Below, piece by piece: positions 21,477 through 29,780 of a stretch of DNA of 64,000 nucleotides. This DNA is from an uncultured Actinomycetes bacterium (GTDB lineage: Bacteria; Actinomycetota; Actinomycetes; Streptosporangiales; Streptosporangiaceae): NCBI GenBank assembly GCA_963849595.1, contig CAWKIB010000060.1, positions 16,860 to 80,859 on the forward strand, read 5' to 3'. Made by a program: the position numbers and the translations under genes. Numbering within the stretch: the stretch's first letter is position 1; the number at the start of each line of letters is the position of its first letter. The notes under the pieces were generated by a model. The model had not been told where the DNA came from and ran no database searches. It saw nothing but the letters and a program-made list of their open reading frames with translations.

Positions 21477-21567
21477 GCGGCGATAGGGCCCGCGATAATC
21501 TGGGCCGGCCGGGCTCCGGTGACGTAGGTTCAGTCTCGGTGAGACAACGAGCTGAAGGGGGCCCCTG

Positions 21568-22353
21568 ATGTCCGACGAGGTGCTGCGGCTTCGCGGGGTC
21601 GAGGTCCGGCGGGACGCGGCGGTCCTGCTCCGCAACGTCGACTGGGCGGCGCACGAGGACGAGCGCTGGATCCTCATCGGCCCGAACGGCGCGGGCAAGA
21701 CCACCCTGCTCCAGGTGGCGGCGACCACGTTGTTCCCGACCCAGGGCACGGTCGAGGTGCTCGGCGAGAAACTGGGCGAGGTCGACATCTTCGACCTGCG
21801 CCCCCGGATCGGCCTGACCAGCGCCGCCGTCGCCGAGCAGGTCCCGCCCAACGAGAAGGTCATCGACCTGGTGCTCACCGCCTCCTACGCCATCCTCGGC
21901 CGGTGGAAGGAGGACTACGACTCCGCCGACGTCACCCGCGCCGTCGAACTGCTCGACGCGCTCGGCTGCGCGCACCTGATCCGGCGCAAGTTCGCCACCT
22001 TGTCCGAGGGGGAGCGCAAGCGGGTCCAGATCGCCCGGTCCCTGATGCCCGACCCCGAGCTGCTGCTGCTCGACGAGCCGGCCGCGGGCCTGGACCTGGG
22101 CGGCCGCGAGGACCTGCTGCGCCGCCTGGCCCAGCTGGCCCACGACCCCAAGGCGCCGATGATGGTGCTGGTCACCCACCACGTGGAAGAGGTCCCGGAC
22201 GGCTTCACCCACGCCATGCTGCTGCGCCGCGGGTCGGTGCTGGCCTCCGGGCCGATCGACGAGGTGTTCACCGCGAAGAACCTGTCCCGGTGCTTCGGCG
22301 TCCAGCTCGAGATCGAGCACCGCCAGTCCCGCTGGACCGCCCGCGCCAAGTAG
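21568..22353 (+). CDS. ABC-transporter ATP-binding protein with no adjacent permease (ModF/YlmA-like)
   Basis: Contains Walker A (GPNGAGKTT), signature (LSEGERKRV), Walker B (LLLLDEP) and H-loop (VTHH). The 261-aa ORF is intact. Confidence 0.85.
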   Translation: MSDEVLRLRGVEVRRDAAVLLRNVDWAAHEDERWILIGPNGAGKTTLLQVAATTLFPTQGTVEVLGEKLGEVDIFDLRPRIGLTSAAVAEQVPPNEKVIDLVLTASYAILGRWKEDYDSADVTRAVELLDALGCAHLIRRKFATLSEGERKRVQIARSLMPDPELLLLDEPAAGLDLGGREDLLRRLAQLAHDPKAPMMVLVTHHVEEVPDGFTHAMLLRRGSVLASGPIDEVFTAKNLSRCFGVQLEIEHRQSRWTARAK

Positions 22354-22461
22354 GCCCAGCAACAACGCCCAGATACAGCGCTCTGGCCCAACTCGCTCGC
22401 GGTCTGTAACGTTAAATACGAGCCTGGTAACCCGCCGCCGGGCCGCGGAGGGGAGCCAAGC

Positions 22462-23589
22462 ATGAGCACTCTCGTCGCGACCATCCTGCTCGTCGTTCTC
22501 GTCGTCCTCGTCGTCCTGGCCATCGTCCGGTCGGTCCGCATCATCCCGCAGGCCACGGCGGGGATCGTGGAGCGGTTCGGCCGGTACCACCGCACGCTGA
22601 ACGCGGGCCTGAACGTGGTGACGCCGTTCGTCGACCGGCTGCGCCCGCTGATCGACCTGCGCGAGCAGGTGGTCAGCTTCCCGCCGCAGCCGGTCATCAC
22701 CCGGGACAACCTGGTGGTCGGCATCGACACCGTGATCTACTTCCAGGTCACCGACCCGCGGGCCGCGACCTACGAGGTGGCCAACTACATCACCGCCGTC
22801 GAGCAGCTGACGGTAACGACCCTGCGCAACGTGGTCGGCGGCATGGACCTGGAGACCGCGCTGACCTCCCGGGACCAGATCAACACCGAGCTGCGCCAGG
22901 AACTGGACGAGGCGACCGGCAAGTGGGGCATCCGGGTCGGCCGGGTCGAGCTCAAGGCCATCGAGCCGCCCTCCTCCATCCAGGACTCGATGGAGAAGCA
23001 GATGCGCGCCGACCGGGACAAGCGGGCCGCGATCTTGTCCGCCGAGGGCAACAAGCAGTCCGCCATCCTGAACGCCGAGGGCGAGCGCCAGGCCGCCGTG
23101 CTCAAGGCCCGCGGTGAGTCCGAGGCGGCCGTGCTGCGCGCCGAGGCGGAGGCCAAGGCCCAGGCGGCCCGGGCCCGCGGCCAGGCCGAGGCGATCCTCA
23201 CCGTGTTCCGCGCCATCCACGAGGGCAACCCGGACCAGCGGCTGCTGGCCTACCAGTACATGCAGATGCTGCCGCAGATCGCCCAGGGCGACTCGAACAA
23301 GCTCTGGATCGTGCCCAGCGAGATCGGCAAGGCCCTGGAGGGCATCGGCGGCCTGATCGGCGGCGCCCGCCCGCAGGCCGTGCCGGCCACCCAGGAACCG
23401 GTCAACAACTCAGGGCCGGGGTCGCAGCTCGACCCGCCCGGCGGGCGTCACGCGGGTCTCGAAGGCTGGCTGACGGGCAGTGGCGGGCCCGTGCACGACG
23501 GTGCCGTCGGCGATGGCGAAGGTCGAGCCGTGCCAGGGGCAGGCCACGCAGGCAGCGCCCCGTTCAACGACGATCCGTCCCTGGTGTAG
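22462..23589 (+). CDS. SPFH/band-7 (stomatin/prohibitin-like) membrane protein; the 3' end is doubtful
   Basis: It has an N-terminal TM helix, the SPFH core (IVERFGRY...NLVVGIDTVIYFQV...WGIRVGRVELKAIEPP) and an Ala/Glu-rich coiled coil. The last ~60 codons run antisense into the Rieske gene. Confidence 0.8.
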   Translation: MSTLVATILLVVLVVLVVLAIVRSVRIIPQATAGIVERFGRYHRTLNAGLNVVTPFVDRLRPLIDLREQVVSFPPQPVITRDNLVVGIDTVIYFQVTDPRAATYEVANYITAVEQLTVTTLRNVVGGMDLETALTSRDQINTELRQELDEATGKWGIRVGRVELKAIEPPSSIQDSMEKQMRADRDKRAAILSAEGNKQSAILNAEGERQAAVLKARGESEAAVLRAEAEAKAQAARARGQAEAILTVFRAIHEGNPDQRLLAYQYMQMLPQIAQGDSNKLWIVPSEIGKALEGIGGLIGGARPQAVPATQEPVNNSGPGSQLDPPGGRHAGLEGWLTGSGGPVHDGAVGDGEGRAVPGAGHAGSAPFNDDPSLV

Positions 23590-24333
23590 CGGGCCGCCCA
23601 GGTGCGAGCACCGGTCGGACAGCACGTTCACCGCGCCGCCCTGCCGGTACACCAGCAGCGACAGGTAGCCGAGCTGCCGGCGCACCGGCTGGCGGTCCGG
23701 TAGCTGCTCGAGCTCGCACAGGTCGTGCCAGCCCAGCCCGGACAGGTGGCTGACCTGCTCGGCGTGGCTGGCGCCCGCGCCCATCCGCAGCGCCAGGTGC
23801 CCGCCCAGGTAGGACCCGGCGGTGGCCACGGCCAGCCCGCAGCCGGACAGCGCCCGCCCGTACCGGGGCCGCCCGCTGACCCGGGCGGCCAGCGAGCCGA
23901 GGAACAGGCAGGCCGCGCTGGCCTGGCAGACCGCGTGCACCAGGCCGACCCGCTGCTGGTCGCGGTGCAGCGCCGACCAGTCGGCCAGCCCGGTGGCCGC
24001 GGCCGGCACGGCGACCGCCACCCCGGCCCCGATCAGCATCCGCGCGGCGCGGTCGGTGCCGCGGAACAGGTCCAGCAGGACCGCGGAGGTCCAGCACCCG
24101 AGCGGCAGCCGCACCAGCGCCGGATGCGCCGGCTGCCCGAACGGCACCCCGTGCAGCGCGTCCGTTCTCGGCCCCGCGGGCAGGGCGCGGACGACCCCGT
24201 CGGACAGCCTGCTGACCACCGGGTCGAGCGCGTGCGCCTGTTCGACCCGTTCGGCCAGGGCCGCGGGCCTGCGGGCCCAGCTGGACTTGCGGTGCTTACC
24301 GTCCCGGCGGACGGTGGAGAGGGATCCAGGCAC
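23410..24333 (-). CDS. membrane-anchored Rieske [2Fe-2S] protein (DUF2231-like TM domain + Rieske domain)
   Basis: Rieske motifs CSHLGGPL and CPWHGSTF are in the C-terminal 100 aa. Several hydrophobic helices lie N-terminal to them. Confidence 0.8.
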   Translation of the reverse strand: MPGSLSTVRRDGKHRKSSWARRPAALAERVEQAHALDPVVSRLSDGVVRALPAGPRTDALHGVPFGQPAHPALVRLPLGCWTSAVLLDLFRGTDRAARMLIGAGVAVAVPAAATGLADWSALHRDQQRVGLVHAVCQASAACLFLGSLAARVSGRPRYGRALSGCGLAVATAGSYLGGHLALRMGAGASHAEQVSHLSGLGWHDLCELEQLPDRQPVRRQLGYLSLLVYRQGGAVNVLSDRCSHLGGPLHQGRIVVERGAACVACPWHGSTFAIADGTVVHGPATARQPAFETRVTPAGRVELRPRP

Positions 24334-24433
24334 ATCTAGTGCCTACCCGCCCGCGGGCGCCCCGTATCTCGCCGCGGGCGCCAAGATAGGGGCCGGGTCA
24401 AGAAGGGGAAGTAAACGGCAGCTGACCCCAGTT

Positions 24434-24922
24434 TCACGCGCCGTAGCAGGTACCGGAACCCGGCATAGCCCTCCCGCCGTGCCGGGTAGGCTGCATGATC
24501 TCTTCCAGCTTTCCCTGGAACTCCAGCAACAGGCGCAACTCATCGTCCGAGTAGTCCGCCGCGGTGGCCCGCCACGACTTGACCACCGGCCCGAACGTGG
24601 GCCCGACCTCGCGCAGCCCCGGCCCGTCGGCCAGTTCGGCGATCACCCGGCGCCGGTCGTGCGGGTCGCGCACCCGCCGGACGAAGCCGCCCTCCTCCAG
24701 CCGGTCCAGCACCCCGGTGATCGACGCCGTGCTCAGCCCGGTCTGCTTGGCCAGGTCGCCCGCGGTCATGTGCCCGGTCAGGGCCACCAGGTTCAGGCAG
24801 TTCAGGTCGGTGGCGTTGATCCCGATCCGGTCGGCCGAGACCTGCCCCAGCAGCTGCATGATCGACCCCGGGTTCCAGCTCGGCAACTCCATCGGCCTGG
24901 CGCTGATGAGCGTCGTCTTCAT
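24434..24922 (-). CDS. MarR-family transcriptional regulator (the N-terminus may be truncated; an alternative start is at 24859)
   Basis: Winged-helix core LTGHMTAGDLAKQTGLSTASITGVLDRLEEGGFVRRVRDPHDRRRV. Confidence 0.8.
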   Translation of the reverse strand: MKTTLISARPMELPSWNPGSIMQLLGQVSADRIGINATDLNCLNLVALTGHMTAGDLAKQTGLSTASITGVLDRLEEGGFVRRVRDPHDRRRVIAELADGPGLREVGPTFGPVVKSWRATAADYSDDELRLLLEFQGKLEEIMQPTRHGGRAMPGSGTCYGA

Positions 24923-25088
24923 CGACCGGCTCGCCGTCCGGCCCGGAAACCCCGGAACGCCCCGGGTTTTCGCCGCCGCGGTGGAGCACGCGCTGTGGTT
25001 CCAGGTGGGCGTCTTCGGGCTGGCCTTCCTGCTCGTGCTCGCCCTACCAGCCCGACGCCGTCACAACCCGCCCGCGACATCCGTCTGA
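24876..25088 (+). pseudogene. remnant of the last ~70 codons of an MFS (DHA2-like) transporter
   Basis: QLGNSIGLALMSVVF...FAAAVEHALWFQVGVFGLAFLLVLALPARRR looks like the last two TM helices of a drug-efflux MFS protein. No upstream part is present, and the 5' end overlaps the marR start on the opposite strand. Confidence 0.45.
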
Positions 25089-25120
25089 GAGTACGGCACC
25101 CAAACACGAGGGGAACACTC

Positions 25121-25774
25121 ATGACCACGCAGAACCTCCCGGGCACCAACGCGGCCCGGCACGGCACCGGCGACGCCGACCTGACCATCATGATCGCGGC
25201 GCACGACGCGTTCCGCCGCGACCTGACCCGGCTGGCCCGCGCGGCCAGCGCCGCGAACGACCCGGCCCGCCGCCAGTCGGTGCAAGCGGGCTGGGAGCTG
25301 TTCAAGCGCGAGCTGCACATCCACCACACCGCCGAGGACGAGATCATCTGGCCGGCGCTGCGTCCCCGCCTGGCGCACAGCCCGACGGCACTGTCCGTCC
25401 TGGACGCGATGGAGGCCGAGCACGAGCTCATCGACCCGCTGCTGGCCTCCGTGGACGCCGCGTTCGCCCGGCAAGAACCGGCGGCCGACGTCATCGACGC
25501 GCTGACCAGCGCGCTGACCGGCCACCTGGCGCACGAGGAGCGCGACGGCCTGCCGCTGATCGGCGTGGCCCTGACCGCCGCCGAGTGGCGCGGCGTGGGC
25601 CGCAAGATGGCCAGCAAGAACGGCCTGTCGGCCGGCTCGGAGATGTTCGCCTGGATCCTGGACGGCGCCGACCGCGACCACAGCAAAGCCACCCTGGCCC
25701 AGCTTCCGCCCCCGCTCCGCCTCCTCTACCGCGCCCGCTGGAAGCCCCGCTTCGAGAAAACCCCCCGCTGGTAG
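25121..25774 (+). CDS. hemerythrin (HHE cation-binding) domain protein
   Basis: IAAHDAFRRDL...LHIHHTAEDEIIWP...MEAEHELIDP...HLAHEERDGLP gives the His/Glu pattern of hemerythrin-like domains. The start is the ATG at 25121, inside the longer track ORF. Confidence 0.75.
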   Translation: MTTQNLPGTNAARHGTGDADLTIMIAAHDAFRRDLTRLARAASAANDPARRQSVQAGWELFKRELHIHHTAEDEIIWPALRPRLAHSPTALSVLDAMEAEHELIDPLLASVDAAFARQEPAADVIDALTSALTGHLAHEERDGLPLIGVALTAAEWRGVGRKMASKNGLSAGSEMFAWILDGADRDHSKATLAQLPPPLRLLYRARWKPRFEKTPRW

Positions 25775-25801
25775 CCGCTAACCCGGCCCGCCCTGACCGG
25801 C

Positions 25802-25847
25802 ACGATGGCCCGCTCAACCGGTTATAACCGGCACGCTGGGCCATCGT
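25802..25847. terminator. long hairpin (ACGATGGCCC...GGGCCATCGT) between convergent genes
   Basis: 10-bp perfect arms at 25802-25811 and 25838-25847, with an inner AACCGGTTATAACCGG element. It is followed by 9-bp GGGACTGGC-type repeats at 25868-25922. Confidence 0.4.
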
Positions 25848-25924
25848 CCCGGTTGGCCGTCGCGCGATGCCGGGACTGGCGGGACTGGTCGGGGCTGGCG
25901 GGACTGGCGGGGCTGGCGGGGCGC

Positions 25925-27034
25925 TCAGGCGTCGGCCGCAGCGCCATCCTCAACGGCGGCGTCCACCTCGGCCTGGCGCGCGGCTAGCTCCGCAGCCTGC
26001 TCCCGCTCCACGCGCTCCGCGATGTCCTCGTCATCCTTCATCAGCGCCTCCAGATCGGAGGACGCAGCGTCCAGAACTCCGAGGTCCGCAAAAGCAGAAC
26101 GGACCCGAGGGCCCCACAGCCCGATGTCCTTCACGCACGGCACGATCCGGCTGAACAGCAGCGCGCGGAACGCCTGCTGCACCGGCGAGTGCTCGGTGAA
26201 CTCCAGGCACTCCTCGACGTCGAAGCCCATCCGCTCCCAGACCTCCTGGGCCCGGAACCGGTTCCGCATCAGGTAGCACCCCTCGACCACGAACTCCTCG
26301 CGATCGGCAAGCTCAGCAGAGCTCAACGAAGCGTAGTAATCCCGCAGCGCCAGCCGCCCGAACGCCACGTGCCGCGCCTCGTCCTGCATGACGTACGCCA
26401 GCACCTGCTTGACCAGCGGATTGCCGGTGATGTCGCGGTGCACCCCGAACGCCGCCAGCGCCAGCCCCTCGATCAGCACCTGCATCCCCAGGTAAGGCAT
26501 ATCCCAGCGCGAATCGCGAAGCGCATCCGCCAGCAGAGAAGCCAGATCCGGATTGATCGGGTAGTACAGCCCGATCTTGTCCCGGATGAACCGCTGGTAC
26601 AGCTCGACGTGCCGCGCCTCGTCCATGGCCTGGGTCGCCGCGTAGAACTTGGAGTCCATGTCGGGCACCGACTCCACGATCCGCGCGGCCACGGTCAGCG
26701 CGCCCTGCTCGCCGTGCAGGAACTGGCTGAACAGCCAGGACCCCAGGTGATGCCCGAGCTCGTCCCGCTCGGCCTGCGACAACGCCTCATACTGCCGTGA
26801 CCCGTAGATCGGGTTGATCTCGTCCGGGGTCGCCATCACGTTGTTCGGATCCACCTCGAGCGACCAGTCGATCCGCTTGGCCGCGTCCCACTGCTTGTCC
26901 TTGCCCCGCTGGTACAGGTCCAGCAGCCGCTGCCGCCCGTCGGCGTACTCCCACGAGAATCGCGCCGCCCCGGTCGCCGGTACGTCCCAGGTGCCCGGCT
27001 CCACCGGCGTCGTGTACAGGTCGTAGGTGCTCAC
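25925..27034 (-). CDS. ferritin-like di-iron carboxylate protein (AurF-like / R2-like oxygenase family)
   Basis: Contains paired E...ExxH motifs (HGEQGA, MDEARHVE, EGLALAAF, QDEARHVAF). The 369-aa ORF is intact. Confidence 0.7.
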   Translation of the reverse strand: MSTYDLYTTPVEPGTWDVPATGAARFSWEYADGRQRLLDLYQRGKDKQWDAAKRIDWSLEVDPNNVMATPDEINPIYGSRQYEALSQAERDELGHHLGSWLFSQFLHGEQGALTVAARIVESVPDMDSKFYAATQAMDEARHVELYQRFIRDKIGLYYPINPDLASLLADALRDSRWDMPYLGMQVLIEGLALAAFGVHRDITGNPLVKQVLAYVMQDEARHVAFGRLALRDYYASLSSAELADREEFVVEGCYLMRNRFRAQEVWERMGFDVEECLEFTEHSPVQQAFRALLFSRIVPCVKDIGLWGPRVRSAFADLGVLDAASSDLEALMKDDEDIAERVEREQAAELAARQAEVDAAVEDGAAADA

Positions 27035-27085
27035 GGGCGGCCTCCTAAATTCTTTTTTCTGCCGAACGGAGCACCGTACGTGCCC

Positions 27086-27763
27086 TCAGACCTTGAACCT
27101 GTACCCCATCCCGGACTCGGTGAGCAGGTACTTCGGCCGGGACGGTTCGGGCTCCAGCTTGCGGCGCAGCTGGGCCAGGTAAACCCGCAGGTAGTTGGTC
27201 TCCGTCTCGTACGACGGGCCCCACACCTCGCGCAGCAGCTGCCGCTGGGTGACCAGCCGGCCGCTGTTGCGGACCAGGATCTCCAGCAGCTGCCACTCGG
27301 TCGGGGTCAGCCGGACGTCCTCGCCGTCGCTCCTGATCACCTGCTTGGCCGCCAGGTCCACGGTGAAGTCGGGGGTGGAGACCACCGGCTCGTCCGGGGC
27401 CGGCGCGGCCCGGCGGACCGCGGCCCGCAGCCGGGCCAGCAGCTCGTCCATGCCGAACGGCTTGGTCACGTAGTCATCGGCGCCCGCGTCCAGCGCCGCC
27501 ACCTTCTGGCTCTCCTGCCCCCACGCGGACAGCACGATGATCGGGATCGAGGTCCAGCCGCGCACCCCGTGGATGACCTCGGTGCCGTCCATGTCGGGCA
27601 GCCCGAGGTCCAGGATGATCACGTCGGGCCGGTCGCGGGCCACCGCGGCCAGCCCGGTGGTGCCGTCGACCGCGGTGCTGACGTCGTACTCGCGCGCGCT
27701 GAGGTTGATGCGCAGCGCCCGCAGGATGGACGGCTCGTCGTCGACGACGAGCACCCGGGTCAT
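27086..27763 (-). CDS. kdpE: OmpR-family response regulator, KdpE-like
   Basis: Contains a receiver domain (VLVVDDEP, IILDLGLPDMDG) and a winged-helix output domain (LTPTEWQLLEILVRNSGRLVTQRQLLREVWGPSYETETNYLRVYLAQLRRKLE), which is characteristic of KdpE. It has an ATGA overlap with the upstream kinase gene. Confidence 0.85.
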   Translation of the reverse strand: MTRVLVVDDEPSILRALRINLSAREYDVSTAVDGTTGLAAVARDRPDVIILDLGLPDMDGTEVIHGVRGWTSIPIIVLSAWGQESQKVAALDAGADDYVTKPFGMDELLARLRAAVRRAAPAPDEPVVSTPDFTVDLAAKQVIRSDGEDVRLTPTEWQLLEILVRNSGRLVTQRQLLREVWGPSYETETNYLRVYLAQLRRKLEPEPSRPKYLLTESGMGYRFKV

Positions 27764-29613
27764 GACCCCGTTTCCAGCGAGGTCTTGTCCGCGCTGGCCG
27801 CCGCGAGCGTGATGGCGATGGTGAGCCCGCCGCCGGGGGTGTCCCTGGCCACGATCCGCCCGCCCATGGCCTCGGCGAAGCCCCGGGCCACGGCCAGGCC
27901 CAGCCCGACGCCGGGGTAGCGGTCGCCGACCCGGGTGAACGGCTCGAAGATGCGCTCCTTCGCCTCGTCCGGCACCCCGTGGCCGTGGTCGACGACCTCG
28001 AGCACGACCATGCCGTCGGCCAGCTGCGCGTGCAGCTCGGGCGGTCGGCCGGACTCGGGGGAGTGCTGCAGCGCGTTGGAGAACAGGTTGGCCAGCACCC
28101 GCTCGAGCAGCCCCGGGTCGGCCAGGACCAGCGGGAAGCCGTCCGGCACGGCCATCTCCACCCGCAGCGAGTCGTCCAGCCCGAGCAGCGCGACCGGCGC
28201 CACCTCGTCGATCGCGGTGGGGCGCAGGAACGGCTGCAGCGACCCGGTGTGCAGCCGGCTCATGTCCAGCAGGTTGCCGATCAGCGCGTCGAGCCGGTCG
28301 GCGTTCTGCTCGATGGTGGCCAGCAGGTCGGCCTGGTCGGCCTCGGACCATTCCACGTCGGTCTGCCGCAGGCTGCTCACGCTGGCCTTGATCGACGCGA
28401 GCGGGGTGCGCAGGTCGTGGCTGACCGCGGCGAGCAGCGCGGTCCGCATCCGGTTGCCTTCGGCCAGCGCCTCGGCCTGGGCGGCCTGGGTGCGCAGCCG
28501 CTCCCGGTCCAGGGCGGCGGCGGCCTGGGCCGCGTACCCGGCCAGCAGGGCCGGCGTGGCCGAGTCGGTCTGCCCGGTGACCAGCAGGATCAGGTCGCCG
28601 CGGATGTCGATCCGGGACGCCGCGGCCAGGCTGCCCTCGACGCCGCTGGAGGCGGCCCGGATCCACCTGCCCGCCACTCGTTCTTGCAGCTCGGCCTGGC
28701 CGCCGTGGGTCCGGGTCAGGTGCTCGAGCACGGCCGCGGGGGAGTCGGCGCCGCCCAGCACGGTCTGCGCGAGCTCGAGCAGCGAGGCCGCCTCCTCCCG
28801 GGCCCGCGCGGCCTGGACCGCCCGCCGGGCGGCCAGGTGGACCACGCTGCTGACCGCGACCGCGACGGTCACGAACAGCAGCAGGGCCAGCAGCTCCCGC
28901 GGCTCCTGGATGGTGAAGGTGTGGATCGGCTCGGTGAAGAACCAGTTCAGCAGCAGGCTGGCCGCCACCGCGGCCAGCACGGCGGGCCAGAAGCCCCCCA
29001 GCACCGTGACCGCCACCACGACGACGAGGTAGATGAGCAGGTCGTCGGCGATGTTCAGGTGCGGCCGGAACACGGTGAGCACGTAGGTCAGCAGCGGCAG
29101 CATGGCCGCCGCGAGCAGCACCCCGGCCAGCCGCCGGCGGGCGTCGATCGCGCCAGCCTCGGACTCCGGCTCCGGCGCGGCCAGGCGCCGGGCGCGCCGG
29201 GCCGAGTACGTACCCATGCTTACCAGTGTGAGCCGTCGCAGGTACCAACGGAACACCAGGCCAAGTACGGCGCAGCTCACCGCGGTCACGCCGACCACGA
29301 CGGCGGCGTGCACGGCGGCCGGCCCGGTCGGGCGCAGCTGCGCGTAGGGCGGCCGGGAGAACCCCACGACGGTGAGCCAGCCGATGCCGGCCAGCGCCAC
29401 CGCCGCGACCGGCTCGGCCGCGAACGACACCGCTCCGGCCACCACCGTGCAGGCGATCAGGACCCCGGTCGCGTCCAGGCGCCCGTGCAGCGCGGCGGCC
29501 ACCGTCCCCACGGCCAGGAACGCGGCGAAACCGACCGGCAGCGCGTAGGGCGCCGGTATGCCGCGTTGCCCGCCGCCGTAGGCGGCCAAGGAAGCTGGGT
29601 GACCGAGTCTCAT
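27760..29613 (-). CDS. KdpD-like sensor histidine kinase that lacks the N-terminal KdpD/Usp sensor module (extra TM block + DUF4118-type TM block + HisKA + HATPase)
   Basis: Contains the H-box AAVSHDLRTPLASI plus HATPase motifs (FSNALQHS, DHGHGVP, GVGLGLAVARG). The first ~270 aa are hydrophobic helices, with no Walker-A/Usp region. The 617-aa ORF is intact. Confidence 0.8.
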   Translation of the reverse strand: MRLGHPASLAAYGGGQRGIPAPYALPVGFAAFLAVGTVAAALHGRLDATGVLIACTVVAGAVSFAAEPVAAVALAGIGWLTVVGFSRPPYAQLRPTGPAAVHAAVVVGVTAVSCAVLGLVFRWYLRRLTLVSMGTYSARRARRLAAPEPESEAGAIDARRRLAGVLLAAAMLPLLTYVLTVFRPHLNIADDLLIYLVVVVAVTVLGGFWPAVLAAVAASLLLNWFFTEPIHTFTIQEPRELLALLLFVTVAVAVSSVVHLAARRAVQAARAREEAASLLELAQTVLGGADSPAAVLEHLTRTHGGQAELQERVAGRWIRAASSGVEGSLAAASRIDIRGDLILLVTGQTDSATPALLAGYAAQAAAALDRERLRTQAAQAEALAEGNRMRTALLAAVSHDLRTPLASIKASVSSLRQTDVEWSEADQADLLATIEQNADRLDALIGNLLDMSRLHTGSLQPFLRPTAIDEVAPVALLGLDDSLRVEMAVPDGFPLVLADPGLLERVLANLFSNALQHSPESGRPPELHAQLADGMVVLEVVDHGHGVPDEAKERIFEPFTRVGDRYPGVGLGLAVARGFAEAMGGRIVARDTPGGGLTIAITLAAASADKTSLETGS

Positions 29614-29780
29614 CTCTCTGCTATTTCAGCCCCGGTACCAGGCAAAATCAGCGACCTTGACGGAACCTTAACGCGCCGCTCGCGAAGCTTGACGGCCTGC
29701 ATACGGCGCCCTGTCGGCCGCGCTAATACCGTCGGAACCGTGATCACCCACCGAGCAGCCCGGACGGAGCGTCAAGCCTA

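Noticed and set aside
27086-29613. A classical kdp (K+-ATPase) operon.
   Set aside because: Only the regulator pair is present. No kdpA, kdpB or kdpC-like sequence occurs in any frame within the window, and the kinase lacks the KdpD N-terminal module.
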